A stretch of 64,000 bases of DNA, from the IMG/VR virus record IMGVR_UViG_3300044678_002717, positions 9,600 through 73,599 of that record. One strand, written 5' to 3'. The notes under the pieces were generated by a model. That model worked only from the letters and a program-made list of their open reading frames with translations, did not search any database and was not told where the DNA came from. This stretch comes from a virus. Made by a program: the position numbers and the translations under genes. This document shows, one piece after another, positions 50,488-59,809 of the stretch (its first letter is position 1; every line of letters begins with the position of its first letter).

Positions 50488-50772
50488 TTAAATCATCCTC
50501 AAGAAATCCGATGGATTCCAATGACCATTCTCTTTTTTGAAAGTCTCAAGCATCTTCTTGCAGGTTTCGTGGCTATCCTGATTGCGAAGGTCATGGCGAT
50601 AGTCATCAGAACCCACAAACTCAATCCATTTCAAACATAGCTTTGTGAAGGACTGCTGCAAAGTGCGATGGTCTTTGCCCATTTCGGTAATAAAACCCTG
50701 ATGGTCAGAAGAAAATGAATTTACGAAGTTTGACATTTCGTTTGCGAGGTGTTTTGCTTTATTGTTTTCCAT
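50488..50772 (-). CDS. Early hypothetical protein
   Basis: HRTLQQSF..DLRN; start corrected. Confidence 0.75.
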   Translation of the reverse strand: MENNKAKHLANEMSNFVNSFSSDHQGFITEMGKDHRTLQQSFTKLCLKWIEFVGSDDYRHDLRNQDSHETCKKMLETFKKENGHWNPSDFLRMI

Positions 50773-50870
50773 ACTTGTTATTGTTTGATGATACAAATGT
50801 AAATAAAAGATTTTAATTTTGCAAATTTATTTTAAAAAAAATGGGAGGAACAATGTCCTCCCAAACAATG

Positions 50871-51173
50871 TTAAGCATTTAAAAGTGCAAGAACTTCTGT
50901 TTTACCTTGCAAACAACTTTCTTCATTAAATCCTCCAATATGCCATTCAATCTTTTCATTCATTTCCAATGGTCTGTATTCTTTCCAATCATAAATTGTA
51001 AACACATCACCACTTTCGGTTTCTAAAGTAAAATCAAAATTTGATTTATCACTCCCATCATTATGAGAATAAAAAGAATTTGGGAAAAGGTCAATAAGTT
51101 GTTGAGGTGTTGCTTTAAATACAACACTATAAAAACTTGTACCACCTGCTGATTTTTCTGTGTGTTTTGCCAT
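50871..51173 (-). CDS. Early hypothetical protein
   Basis: FTIYDWK..WHIGG. Confidence 0.8.
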   Translation of the reverse strand: MAKHTEKSAGGTSFYSVVFKATPQQLIDLFPNSFYSHNDGSDKSNFDFTLETESGDVFTIYDWKEYRPLEMNEKIEWHIGGFNEESCLQGKTEVLALLNA

Positions 51174-51236
51174 TTGTTTTTTGATTTTGATTACGATACA
51201 AATGTAATATGAATTTTTGACTTTTGCAAATTTATT

Positions 51237-51449
51237 TTAAATAAATAAACTAAGTTCTTGTAACTCACCAACATTACCTTCCAAGTGCATACACATTAAT
51301 GCATCATCCATTGTAGCATTTTCGTATTTGAAAGATGATTCTGCCAAATCTACTTTAAGGAAATTCTTAAAAGTATCATCCCAAGAATTGTATAAAAACA
51401 AATCATTGGTGTGTGTGTAAAAACCAATTACTTTAATTTCTTTTTTCAT
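51237..51449 (-). CDS. Early hypothetical protein
   Basis: Start corrected. Confidence 0.65.
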   Translation of the reverse strand: MKKEIKVIGFYTHTNDLFLYNSWDDTFKNFLKVDLAESSFKYENATMDDALMCMHLEGNVGELQELSLFI

Positions 51450-51576
51450 TTTGTTTTGATTTTGATTACGATACAAATGTAATATAAGTTTTTGACATTT
51501 CCAAATATATTTTAAAAAAAATCCCTCCGAATATCAGAGGGAATTTAAAACTAATATATTATGTTGATTATCATCT

Positions 51577-51870
51577 TTAATCGCCAAAATAATTTAGGCG
51601 AAAATGTTTTTCATCACCAATAGTTTTGGAAATAAAGTTTACTTCCTTGCCATATTGATTTGTTCCTTTATATGCAATGAGCCAATTAAAAGAATGTTCT
51701 TTTAGTTCTTCATCAATTAGTTTTCTCACTTGACCTGCAATTTCAATAGGGAATACAAGTTCTGTAATTCTTTTTCCTTGCACAAGATTGTTTTTAATTG
51801 AATCCATTGCAATTTTAAAATGATGCTGAATCATTAAATCTTCTGCTGATTTGTTAAATTTTAAGTCCAT
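51577..51870 (-). CDS. Early hypothetical protein
   Basis: Second gene of a two-gene cassette. Confidence 0.7.
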   Translation of the reverse strand: MDLKFNKSAEDLMIQHHFKIAMDSIKNNLVQGKRITELVFPIEIAGQVRKLIDEELKEHSFNWLIAYKGTNQYGKEVNFISKTIGDEKHFRLNYFGD

Positions 51871-51875
51871 AGTTT

Positions 51876-52043
51876 TTATTTTTGTTTTAATTCTTTTTCA
51901 ATCCATTCAATGATTGTTATCATATCATCAAAAGATTCTCTACCTTCTTCTGTTGTACAATCCCAAGTACCATTCAATCCTTCATTGCAACTCATTTTGA
52001 GTACGGCAAGTAAGTCAAAAACTTTTTTCATATTATTTTCCAT
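51876..52043 (-). CDS. Early hypothetical protein
   Basis: Start corrected (MENNMKK). Confidence 0.65.
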   Translation of the reverse strand: MENNMKKVFDLLAVLKMSCNEGLNGTWDCTTEEGRESFDDMITIIEWIEKELKQK

Positions 52044-52178
52044 ATTTTTTTGTTGTTTGATTATGATACAAATGTAAGTGAAAGTTTTGAGATTTCCAAA
52101 TTTATTTTCAAAAAAAATCCCTCTGAATTTCAAAGGGATTTTACCTAAATAATCAATGAAAAAAACAACAATTAAACA

Positions 52179-52436
52179 CTATATCTTTCCAATGTTTTCA
52201 AGTACATAGTCTTGAACAAAGTCATCAACTTGATTCTTAATGTCATCATCTTCCAATATAGATTCATCACCATTAACAACTTCCCAATTTATTTCGGTAA
52301 AACCAAAATTGGGTTCATCATCATACTTGACATTGAGTTCCAAATCATACTCATTACCATCTTTTTCAATGGTTAGGTCAAGACCAATTACAACCAATGT
52401 GCTAATCACATCTTTGTTTGTTACTTTAATATTCAT
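52179..52436 (-). CDS. Acidic early protein
   Basis: D/E-rich; own promoter. Confidence 0.7.
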   Translation of the reverse strand: MNIKVTNKDVISTLVVIGLDLTIEKDGNEYDLELNVKYDDEPNFGFTEINWEVVNGDESILEDDDIKNQVDDFVQDYVLENIGKI

Positions 52437-52489
52437 TTTGTTTTTTGATTATGATGCAAAGGTAAAAAGAATTTCTGACATTACCAAAT

Positions 52490-52675
52490 TTATTTTACTG
52501 ATATTTCTAATACTTCTTGAAATGATGTTTCACAATCAAAGCAATCAAATTGCCCATACAATTCATTATCGAATTGACCAAGTGTTAATAAATCTTCGTT
52601 AATTGCTAATGGTTGGTAGTCAGTCATCCTGACATTTGTGCTACCACAAGACTTGCAATGAATTTTCTTTTCCAT
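52490..52675 (-). CDS. Zinc-ribbon peptide
   Basis: CKSC..CFDC. Confidence 0.7.
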   Translation of the reverse strand: MEKKIHCKSCGSTNVRMTDYQPLAINEDLLTLGQFDNELYGQFDCFDCETSFQEVLEISVK

Positions 52676-52687
52676 TTTTAATTAAAT

Positions 52688-52903
52688 TTAAGAACCACTA
52701 CTCATTAAAGCTGAATTGATTCTATTTGAATCAGCATTGTTTCTTTTCTTTCTTGCTTCTTCAATATGGTCTTTACAACCACCAATGAAAACTGAATTAA
52801 TAGCATCAGCAAAAGCAGGTGTATAGACAAAATACTTCTCAATGTCTTCTGACTTGCAGACACAACATTGAACAACATTACCATAATAATTTGTTACTTT
52901 CAT
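52688..52903 (-). CDS. Zinc-finger-like peptide
   Basis: CCVC..CKDH. Confidence 0.7.
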   Translation of the reverse strand: MKVTNYYGNVVQCCVCKSEDIEKYFVYTPAFADAINSVFIGGCKDHIEEARKKRNNADSNRINSALMSSGS

Positions 52904-52956
52904 TTTGTTGTTTGATTACAATACAAATGTAAAACGAATTATTGACTTTTCCAAAT

Positions 52957-53277
52957 TTATTTTACTAATTCATTTAAAATAATATCTTGAATTTCAAATT
53001 CGGTTTCATCATCAGTATCAATGCAGTTCTTTACAAAACCTTCTTGAACTAATTTATCTACAATCCTAATGGCAATATCTCTGCAATCATCAAGAAACTT
53101 TTGTGCTTCTTTTTCAGTAGCGAAATACTTTCTATTAGGTGTATGTAATTCAAAACTTACATCATCCCAACAAGAACAAACTATTTCACCATTGTCAATG
53201 GTATAATAATCATCACCTTCATCAATCCACAAACCTTTTCTTCCATAAAAGGAAGGGATAAAACCTTGCTTCTCCAT
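52957..53277 (-). CDS. Early hypothetical protein
   Basis: Cassette structure. Confidence 0.7.
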   Translation of the reverse strand: MEKQGFIPSFYGRKGLWIDEGDDYYTIDNGEIVCSCWDDVSFELHTPNRKYFATEKEAQKFLDDCRDIAIRIVDKLVQEGFVKNCIDTDDETEFEIQDIILNELVK

Positions 53278-53279
53278 TT

Positions 53280-53471
53280 TTATTTTAAATAAGGTGATGA
53301 ATCTGATGCTACATTTAGTATTTGGTCTACACCTTGCTCTGCAACAAGTTCTTCAAGCATTGGCTTGGTGTATGTTTTGTAAACTAAATCTTCTGCTTCA
53401 GAAGGCGAGTTAGCTTCAATAAGCACTTCAGCGTGATAAGTTCCGGTTATCCAAACTCTGTAAGTTTCCAT
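53280..53471 (-). CDS. Early hypothetical protein
   Basis: YRV..IEANSPSEA. Confidence 0.7.
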   Translation of the reverse strand: METYRVWITGTYHAEVLIEANSPSEAEDLVYKTYTKPMLEELVAEQGVDQILNVASDSSPYLK

Positions 53472-53572
53472 ATTTTTTGTTGTTTTGATTACGATACAAA
53501 TGTAAAACGAATTTCTGACTTTTCCAAATTTATTTTAAAAAAAATGGGGGAACTTAATCCCCCAAATTTAAT

Positions 53573-54001
53573 TTAATTTTCTGATTCTTCTTTCAAAGCC
53601 TCTTGATACATTTCTTCGGTTTTGTCATTGTGTTCTATAATAGAAATGATTTCATCTTGAATTTCATCGAAGTATTCTTCAATTTGATTTTCCACATATC
53701 CCTTTAAGGAACAAGCATCAACTTCATACGAATCAACTTCAATGGTATTTCCATATCGAATTTCAAATTCAAATTCGTTTATATCAAACATATCCGAATC
53801 ATTGAAATCTACATTGCGAATTGTTTTAAGAATACCATCTTTGATTTTGTTTAACCATTCCTTTGATGGATAACCTGCTTTGGTTTCTTCAACCTTTGGC
53901 TTTTCTTCAACCACCATATTAAGGCAGTTGATTACATCATCTTTGGTAAAAAGGCTACCAAGTGAATTTTGAACTTGAGAAATTACTTCTTGTTTTTTCA
54001 T
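53573..54001 (-). CDS. Acidic early protein
   Basis: SLFTKDDVI; D/E-rich. Confidence 0.75.
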   Translation of the reverse strand: MKKQEVISQVQNSLGSLFTKDDVINCLNMVVEEKPKVEETKAGYPSKEWLNKIKDGILKTIRNVDFNDSDMFDINEFEFEIRYGNTIEVDSYEVDACSLKGYVENQIEEYFDEIQDEIISIIEHNDKTEEMYQEALKEESEN

Positions 54002-54062
54002 TTTGTTTTTTGTTTTAATGATTATAGGACAAATGTAAGTGAAAGTTTTGAAACTACCAAAT

Positions 54063-54386
54063 TTATTTTAAATAATCTGCAATAAATGAAAGTTCATTTA
54101 CGCTTAGTACATAACAACTAAAGAAGCCACTTTCACCAAAGTTTTCACCAAGTGCTTTGCCGTGAAAATGAATACTTTCACCAATTCTTTCAACTGCAAC
54201 AATAGAATAACGAACAATTTCATCATATCTATTTTCACAACTTACTTGTGGTAATTCGGTAAGAAGCCAATCATCTTCACAATTTTCTTCTGAAATTAAT
54301 TCAATTTTTTCACCATCCTTTAATTTAGTAAGGATGTAGTCTTTGATTTCTTGCTCAAGAGCAATAACTTTTTCTGAGAAATTCAT
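54063..54386 (-). CDS. Acidic early protein
   Basis: First minus-strand cassette; stop inside the next promoter repeat. Confidence 0.75.
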   Translation of the reverse strand: MNFSEKVIALEQEIKDYILTKLKDGEKIELISEENCEDDWLLTELPQVSCENRYDEIVRYSIVAVERIGESIHFHGKALGENFGESGFFSCYVLSVNELSFIADYLK

Positions 54387-54531
54387 TTTATTTTTGTTTT
54401 AATGATTACAGGTGCAAATGTATATGAAAGTTTTGAATCCACCAAATTTATTTTAAAATATTTTTTTTCAATTTAATTTGGAAATGTCAAATATTATGCT
54501 TTCCTTTGCATCATCAAAAACAAAAAACAAA

Positions 54532-54741
54532 ATGAGCAATTACATAGCGCAATTAGGTAAAATCGAAAATGGTAAAGATAAAGTAGTTGTCTTTGCTACT
54601 GAAGAAGGTTTTAAATTAACCTTTACTTCCAATGGTATAAGAAAGGAATGCGACTTACTTGATTCAGACCATGTGGCAAGAGAGTTAGAATATCTTGGTT
54701 ACTCTGAATCCTACATTGATGTAATCCTATCAATGCTGTAA
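54532..54741 (+). CDS. Early hypothetical protein (divergent)
   Basis: Start corrected (MSNYIAQ); plus-strand promoter. Confidence 0.7.
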   Translation: MSNYIAQLGKIENGKDKVVVFATEEGFKLTFTSNGIRKECDLLDSDHVARELEYLGYSESYIDVILSML

Positions 54742-54780
54742 AAATAAATTTGGGTTAACTATTTATATGAAAATATATAA

Positions 54781-55206
54781 ATGGAAAACCCAAGTTTAAA
54801 AGATAAATTATTTGAAGAGATTAAACAGCAAAAAGAAACTAAAATAACTTTTGTTTCACTTGTTTCAAAACTTTTAGATTCACAGCGTCAAGTTCACATC
54901 TTTCATCTTCAAACAAAGTCTTTTGCTGAACATAAAGCATTGCAAGATTACTATGATGCTATTGGTGATTTTGTTGATTCAATTGTAGAATCAACTCAAG
55001 GAAAGTATGGAATACTTACAGGTTGGAAATCTTTCCCAACTCAAGAATATCAGTCATCAGAACAATGTATCTCTTACTTTAAAACATTGTTAGATGATAT
55101 TAGTTCAGCATACAACATTGTCAAAGATACTTACATTCAAAATCAATTGGATGAAGTTACAGCATTGATTAACTCAACATTGTATAAACTTAGATTTTTA
55201 AAATAA
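54781..55206 (+). CDS. Ferritin/Dps-like DUF5856-type protein
   Basis: HIFHLQTKSFAEHKAL..YY..D..VE..QG; TLYKL; late motif at 54758. Confidence 0.8.
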   Translation: MENPSLKDKLFEEIKQQKETKITFVSLVSKLLDSQRQVHIFHLQTKSFAEHKALQDYYDAIGDFVDSIVESTQGKYGILTGWKSFPTQEYQSSEQCISYFKTLLDDISSAYNIVKDTYIQNQLDEVTALINSTLYKLRFLK

Positions 55207-55620
55207 CATTGTCAATGTCTAGACATTGTTTGGGCCAACATTGTTGGTCCTTTTTTATTTCTAAAACATTGTCTATCGAACATTGTTGGTTTGAACAATG
55301 TCTATCGAACATTGTCTATTTCTAAAACATTGTCTATCGAACATTGTTGGTTTGAACAATGTCTATCGAACATTGTCTATTTCTAAAACATTGTCTATCG
55401 AACATTGTTGGTTTGAACAATGTCTATCGAACATTGTCTATTTCTAAAACATTGTTTGTGTAAACATTGTCATAAGAATGTGCATTATATTGCACTATAC
55501 ATTGTAAAACATTGTCCGTTTAGAACATTCTTATTAACATTGTGCATTATATGGCACTAAACATTGTGTAGTGTTAAAGAATGTTAAGTATTAGAAAAAA
55601 ATAATGTAAAAAAACAATGT
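55206..55620. repeat. ACAWTGT motif array (about 22 copies), including three exact 61-bp tandem units
   Basis: Units start at 55261, 55322, 55383 (partial at 55444); motif spacing 14/15/14/18. Confidence 0.95.
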
Positions 55621-55927
55621 ATTTTAAATAAGTTTATTAAGAATGTACTATATATATGTGTAAGGATTGAAAAAAAATTAGTTTATCGCTTTCTTTTTAG
55701 AAAATGTGTGGCCTACACTTATCATAAAGAATGTATAGCTAAAACCCATTATATCAATCACTTACAATAATCTCAATGTCAATAAACATAACTCATTGAC
55801 ACTCAATTCCTCCAACTTATTGTTAATTAACCACTTATAAAAGAACTATTATAAGTATCTAAAATAGTGATTATTAAGTATTATAGTACCACAATTCACC
55901 ACTTCTCCCCACAATCTACCACAAATA

Positions 55928-55953
55928 AAAAATGCCCCTTTATGGGGCATTTT
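55928..55953 (-). terminator. Intrinsic terminator
   Basis: AAAATGCCCC-ttat-GGGGCATTTT hairpin. Confidence 0.75.
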
Positions 55954-55978
55954 CAATAACATATAATGATTTTAATTA

Positions 55979-56716
55979 TTATCCTTCGTTATTTTCTTCA
56001 AGTTCTTTAACTATCATTTTAAGAGCATCAACAAGAGTTAGTCTTTCATGGTCTCCACGAAAAATTAATTCAACTTCTTCACATTCTTCACCATTGACTT
56101 CAATGGCTGCACCTTCATTACTAAAACTCATTCTAACATAACCGCCATGACCTGCATCACCACCTTGATATCCGTTATGTTCTAATGTTACATGTAAGAT
56201 ATTACATAGAGTAAAATCTTGTTGAATTTTTGTAAGCATAATTTTATTTTTTATTAATTCAAAATGTTGCCAACCTTCAGTTTCATCATAATCACCATCA
56301 AAAATATTATAATGAAGTCTTGCTTCAATATTATATTCTTTACTAATCATTTCTACTAATTTAGAAATGGGTGATGATGAAATACCTTCAATTGCTAAAC
56401 CATCTTTAAATTTGGGTGGGCCATAGGAATAATCATAATCTTCTATTTGATTATAGTCATAATAGTCATAATCTTCATCTTCATAAATACATACAAAACT
56501 TGGAACTTCAGGATGAAACCATTCAGGTGCATCATTTTCAAAATTATAATTTGATTTATCAGATTCAAATAATTTATGATAAGTTTTATAGTCATATTCT
56601 AGTTTGTAATATGAATCATCATATAATAATGTTTTAGGTATTGAATTAAACTTATCCTTAATTTTATTAAGGGTATTCATTTCGCCTACAAATACGGCAT
56701 AGTTTTTAATTTTCAT
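55979..56716 (-). CDS. Api92/YubB-like paralog fused in frame to a second gene (internal ATG 56239)
   Basis: N-terminal part resembles 35997..36560; A-rich leader before MLTKIQQ. Confidence 0.6.
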   Translation of the reverse strand: MKIKNYAVFVGEMNTLNKIKDKFNSIPKTLLYDDSYYKLEYDYKTYHKLFESDKSNYNFENDAPEWFHPEVPSFVCIYEDEDYDYYDYNQIEDYDYSYGPPKFKDGLAIEGISSSPISKLVEMISKEYNIEARLHYNIFDGDYDETEGWQHFELIKNKIMLTKIQQDFTLCNILHVTLEHNGYQGGDAGHGGYVRMSFSNEGAAIEVNGEECEEVELIFRGDHERLTLVDALKMIVKELEENNEG

Positions 56717-56718
56717 AA

Positions 56719-56997
56719 TTATTTTTTTTTATTTAATTCTTCTAATAAATTTTCATTGTATTCAAACCAATGGATTATATTTCCATCACAAGTTGGTGCA
56801 TTAGGGCAAACGATAAATTCTCTTTTATCGTAATAGGGTAATTTTTCTGATATTTCAACTTTGTAATCTGCCACATTAATAACGCTTTTGCAATTAATGC
56901 AGATTCTTTTTTCATTAAAGTTTGGTTTTTCTGTGGAGGGATAATTATCCATAAAATACTTTTCCCTCTCTTCTTGTTTGATTTCTTTTAGAGTCAT
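56719..56997 (-). CDS. Zinc-ribbon protein
   Basis: Start corrected; CINC...CPNAPTCDG. Confidence 0.7.
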   Translation of the reverse strand: MTLKEIKQEEREKYFMDNYPSTEKPNFNEKRICINCKSVINVADYKVEISEKLPYYDKREFIVCPNAPTCDGNIIHWFEYNENLLEELNKKK

Positions 56998-57118
56998 AAT
57001 TTTTATTTTTTGTTTCCACAAATATAAAAACTCTTTTTTTCTTTTCCAAGGGGAAATTTTAAATTGACCACAGATGACTAAAGATGATAGAAGATGATAG
57101 AAGAATTTTTTTCTTTTC

Positions 57119-57361
57119 TTATTTTGTTTTTTTAACGCAGTTAGGATATCTTTTTCCAAACATAGTTTTCATTCCCTTTTGTGTATATCCTTTCCAACAC
57201 TTTTCATTTAATAGAATAGGATTATTATCATGTCCACATTCATGACATACATATAAATCTTTTCCACCATCCTTTATATTCCATTCATGACCACATTTAT
57301 CACAAATGATTTTTGTTTTTGTAATCTCTTCTTTTATAATTTTTTTAATTAAATTTACCAT
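57119..57361 (-). CDS. Late Cys-rich protein with IIKEE leader and CWKGY...PNCV motif
   Basis: CDKC, CHEC, LLNE; late motif at 57378. Confidence 0.75.
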   Translation of the reverse strand: MVNLIKKIIKEEITKTKIICDKCGHEWNIKDGGKDLYVCHECGHDNNPILLNEKCWKGYTQKGMKTMFGKRYPNCVKKTK

Positions 57362-57385
57362 TATCTATCTTTTAATAGTAAATAG

Positions 57386-57880
57386 TTATTGAATCAATTC
57401 AAATTGATTGTCTTTATTTTTTTTCCATAACTTAAAGTTTTTAGAATCTCTATATTGAGGTTTTAAAACTCCTACATTTTGACTATCTTCAAAATTATCA
57501 TAGTTCCTACTATTCCAATTAGGTTGAAATGCTTCATCAGGTAGTTCTGTTGTTATTAAATATGGATGTTGTTCAAATCCTTGAAATATAGAACCCTTTT
57601 TAAAATTAGGTGAGTGCTGATTTACAAAAGTTGCAAAAGGTCCTTTATTTGGTATATTGAATTTAGTTAAATCTTCTTTATTACCTATAAAATTACCACC
57701 ACTTTTTAATTGATTTATTAAATCTTCTGAATATGTTGTATGTGTCCAAGTATTAGGTGTTTGTTTAAATAATATTGGGTTGGTTTTAGGATTGGTTTTA
57801 AATCTATCAAAAAATCCTTCACCTATAGGTTTCTTGAAAACATCAATGATGCGTTTCATTTCTTTGCTATTAGAATTCAT
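57386..57880 (-). CDS. Hypothetical protein
   Basis: EMKRI...IGEG leader-like N-terminus. Confidence 0.7.
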   Translation of the reverse strand: MNSNSKEMKRIIDVFKKPIGEGFFDRFKTNPKTNPILFKQTPNTWTHTTYSEDLINQLKSGGNFIGNKEDLTKFNIPNKGPFATFVNQHSPNFKKGSIFQGFEQHPYLITTELPDEAFQPNWNSRNYDNFEDSQNVGVLKPQYRDSKNFKLWKKNKDNQFELIQ

Positions 57881-57960
57881 TACTATCTTTTAACCTATAT
57901 AGCCTGAAAACAAAAAACCCCATCATTGCTGACAGGGTTTAAATGATTTTATATGAAAAG

Positions 57961-58197
57961 TTATTTAATTACTTCAACTCTATTATCTGTTTCAATCCAT
58001 ACCTTTGCACCGCAGGATAAAGGTTTATCTTTTGAATAAACTATTCTACAGACTTCATTATTATCTTTATCATAGATTATTGCTTGATGACCATAATCAT
58101 TTGACTTATAAGTTTTACAAGTGATAACAGGATTATTTTCACCATTCTTTGAATTAGCCTTTATCACATGTTGATTGATATGGATTATTGTTTTCAT
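57961..58197 (-). CDS. Phage hypothetical protein
   Basis: IHINQH..KPLSCGAKVWIET. Confidence 0.75.
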   Translation of the reverse strand: MKTIIHINQHVIKANSKNGENNPVITCKTYKSNDYGHQAIIYDKDNNEVCRIVYSKDKPLSCGAKVWIETDNRVEVIK

Positions 58198-58445
58198 ATT
58201 AATTGAGTTATTTTATCTTCCACTTCCTTTTCTTGTTCTCTTGTTAAACCATTACAATAAAATCTACCCATACCAAATTTAATTTTAATTTGAGCATAAT
58301 TAAAATTAGGTATTTTAATGAATTCTTGAAACTTTTCATCAAGCCATTTGATGAACTCTTCGTGTTCAATATCTAAACCATAATGACCTTCTTCCAAATA
58401 GTCATTATACTTTTCATTAAATTCTTCTGTTGTCATCTTTTTCAA
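58194..58445 (-). CDS. Hypothetical protein
   Basis: QIKIKFGMGRFY. Confidence 0.7.
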   Translation of the reverse strand: MKKMTTEEFNEKYNDYLEEGHYGLDIEHEEFIKWLDEKFQEFIKIPNFNYAQIKIKFGMGRFYCNGLTREQEKEVEDKITQLI

Positions 58446-58552
58446 GAGTTAATTTTTGCGAAAGGTATCACTTTTCGGTACTTTTTGCAAAAAATCTATT
58501 TTATATTTTCATTTTATAATATCTTCAAGCCATTCTACTGCTGTCTGTTTCA

Positions 58553-58918
58553 TTAAGTCTTCAACCATCCTTCTTCTTCTAATTTCTTTAGAAATAATTT
58601 AAATTCTTTAATACCTTGCTCACACATACTTTCCCTTGCATCTTTCATAGCATCAGGGTCATCATTGATTACACCTACCATCCAAAGATTACTATCCCAA
58701 TAATCTTCTTTCCAAGGTTTAGTTCTTTTATCGGTAAACTTAATATCAATATCAGGATAATAAGATATCTCATCATCTTTCATTAATCTTGTTGCTTCCC
58801 AAAAATAATCATCAGTTTCATAATGACAATTCATTGAATATGTAACTTGAATATCTTTTTGTTCTGATATATCTTCCCTGACATACCAAACACCATTTAT
58901 TTGAATTCTATCTTGCAT
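58553..58918 (-). CDS. Hypothetical protein
   Basis: Operon context. Confidence 0.7.
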   Translation of the reverse strand: MQDRIQINGVWYVREDISEQKDIQVTYSMNCHYETDDYFWEATRLMKDDEISYYPDIDIKFTDKRTKPWKEDYWDSNLWMVGVINDDPDAMKDARESMCEQGIKEFKLFLKKLEEEGWLKT

Positions 58919-58919
58919 C

Positions 58920-59114
58920 TTATTTTTTTATTTTAGCATATGTTGCAACACCATCTAGTTTTTGATGTTCAATTATTTCAAACTCAATTTCCATACCTTC
59001 AGTTATACCTTCAGTATCATCAGGATGTAGTTGGTCTTCTTGGTGGAATTCTATCATTTCAATGTATCTGACAACCCAACCCATATCTTCTGTGTAATGT
59101 AATGTTCCTTTCAT
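58920..59114 (-). CDS. Hypothetical protein
   Basis: Operon context. Confidence 0.65.
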   Translation of the reverse strand: MKGTLHYTEDMGWVVRYIEMIEFHQEDQLHPDDTEGITEGMEIEFEIIEHQKLDGVATYAKIKK

Positions 59115-59374
59115 GTTATGTATATTAGTGTTGCTCCAATTGCATAACCAAAAGCTGAAGAGAATGCTAATTTTAATCTATCATTCCAATCCTTTGTTTC
59201 AACCATATAACCAACAAATGGTAATGAAAGAAAAGGTCCAATAAATGCCCAAAAAATCATCCAATGAGATTTTGATGATACACTACTTATGTACATAGTA
59301 GATGCACATTCAATTATAAATGTTGATATGATTGTAATTAAATACTTATTCATTTTCAACCCACATATAACCAA
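59111..59374 (-). CDS. Small multi-TM membrane protein
   Basis: Three hydrophobic helices; start uncertain. Confidence 0.65.
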   Translation of the reverse strand: MVICGLKMNKYLITIISTFIIECASTMYISSVSSKSHWMIFWAFIGPFLSLPFVGYMVETKDWNDRLKLAFSSAFGYAIGATLIYIT

Positions 59375-59753
59375 AACAATTTACAGTTTCAATCTTTGCA
59401 TTAGGAAGTTTTACCCTTAAATGTCTAATATGAACATCAACAGTTCTATCAACAACACATAGTCCTACCCATATGTTTTCAAGTAATTCATCCCTTGAAA
59501 TAACTCTGTTTGGATTATCATAAAGATATTTTGCCAACAAATATTCTTTTTTGGGTAAAGTAACTTTAACACCATCATCTGTTATACTGTATTTATTTTC
59601 ATTAAATTTAATCTTGCTTTCTTTTTGTTTACTTAAAAACTTAGACATGAAATTAAATACATCAACTGCTTCCTGCCAATATTTATTGGGATTTTCATTT
59701 GCATACTGCTTGGCAGCTTTCTCAACTTGTTTTTTTGTTATTGTTTGTACCAT
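59346..59753 (-). CDS. OmpR/PhoB-type winged-helix DNA-binding protein without a receiver domain
   Basis: LPKKEYLL..L..NPNRVISRDELLENIW..DRTVDVHIRHLRVKL..IETV..GY. Confidence 0.88.
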   Translation of the reverse strand: MVQTITKKQVEKAAKQYANENPNKYWQEAVDVFNFMSKFLSKQKESKIKFNENKYSITDDGVKVTLPKKEYLLAKYLYDNPNRVISRDELLENIWVGLCVVDRTVDVHIRHLRVKLPNAKIETVNCFGYMWVENE

Positions 59754-59809
59754 AAATTTTTGTTTTAGTATGGTGCAAATATAAATGTTATATTTTTAAG
59801 AAAAAAATA

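Larger units (their letters stand above)
40355..54510 (-). promoter_or_regulatory. About 35-40 dispersed copies of a Bacteroidota sigma70-type promoter (TAAAATAAATTTGG-n~20-TAnnTTTG)
   Basis: -7 boxes e.g. 40355, 41809, 42524, 44909, 45204, 47050, 47805, 49154, 50794, 52069, 53496, 54415 (minus) and 44635, 50335 (plus). Confidence 0.9.

Noticed and set aside
44883-52602. Track ORFs spanning promoter repeats (e.g. 44883..45071, 46352..46549, 46655..46852, 47083..47316, 48666..48929, 52240..52602)
   Set aside because: Alternate-frame or antisense shadows that translate the repeated promoter DNA
40355-54510. Integron (attC) cassette array
   Set aside because: The repeats are promoters and terminators; no RYYYAAC/GTTRRRY boxes and no integrase seen
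55206-55620. CRISPR array
   Set aside because: Units are identical tandem copies with no unique spacers, and no cas genes are in the window
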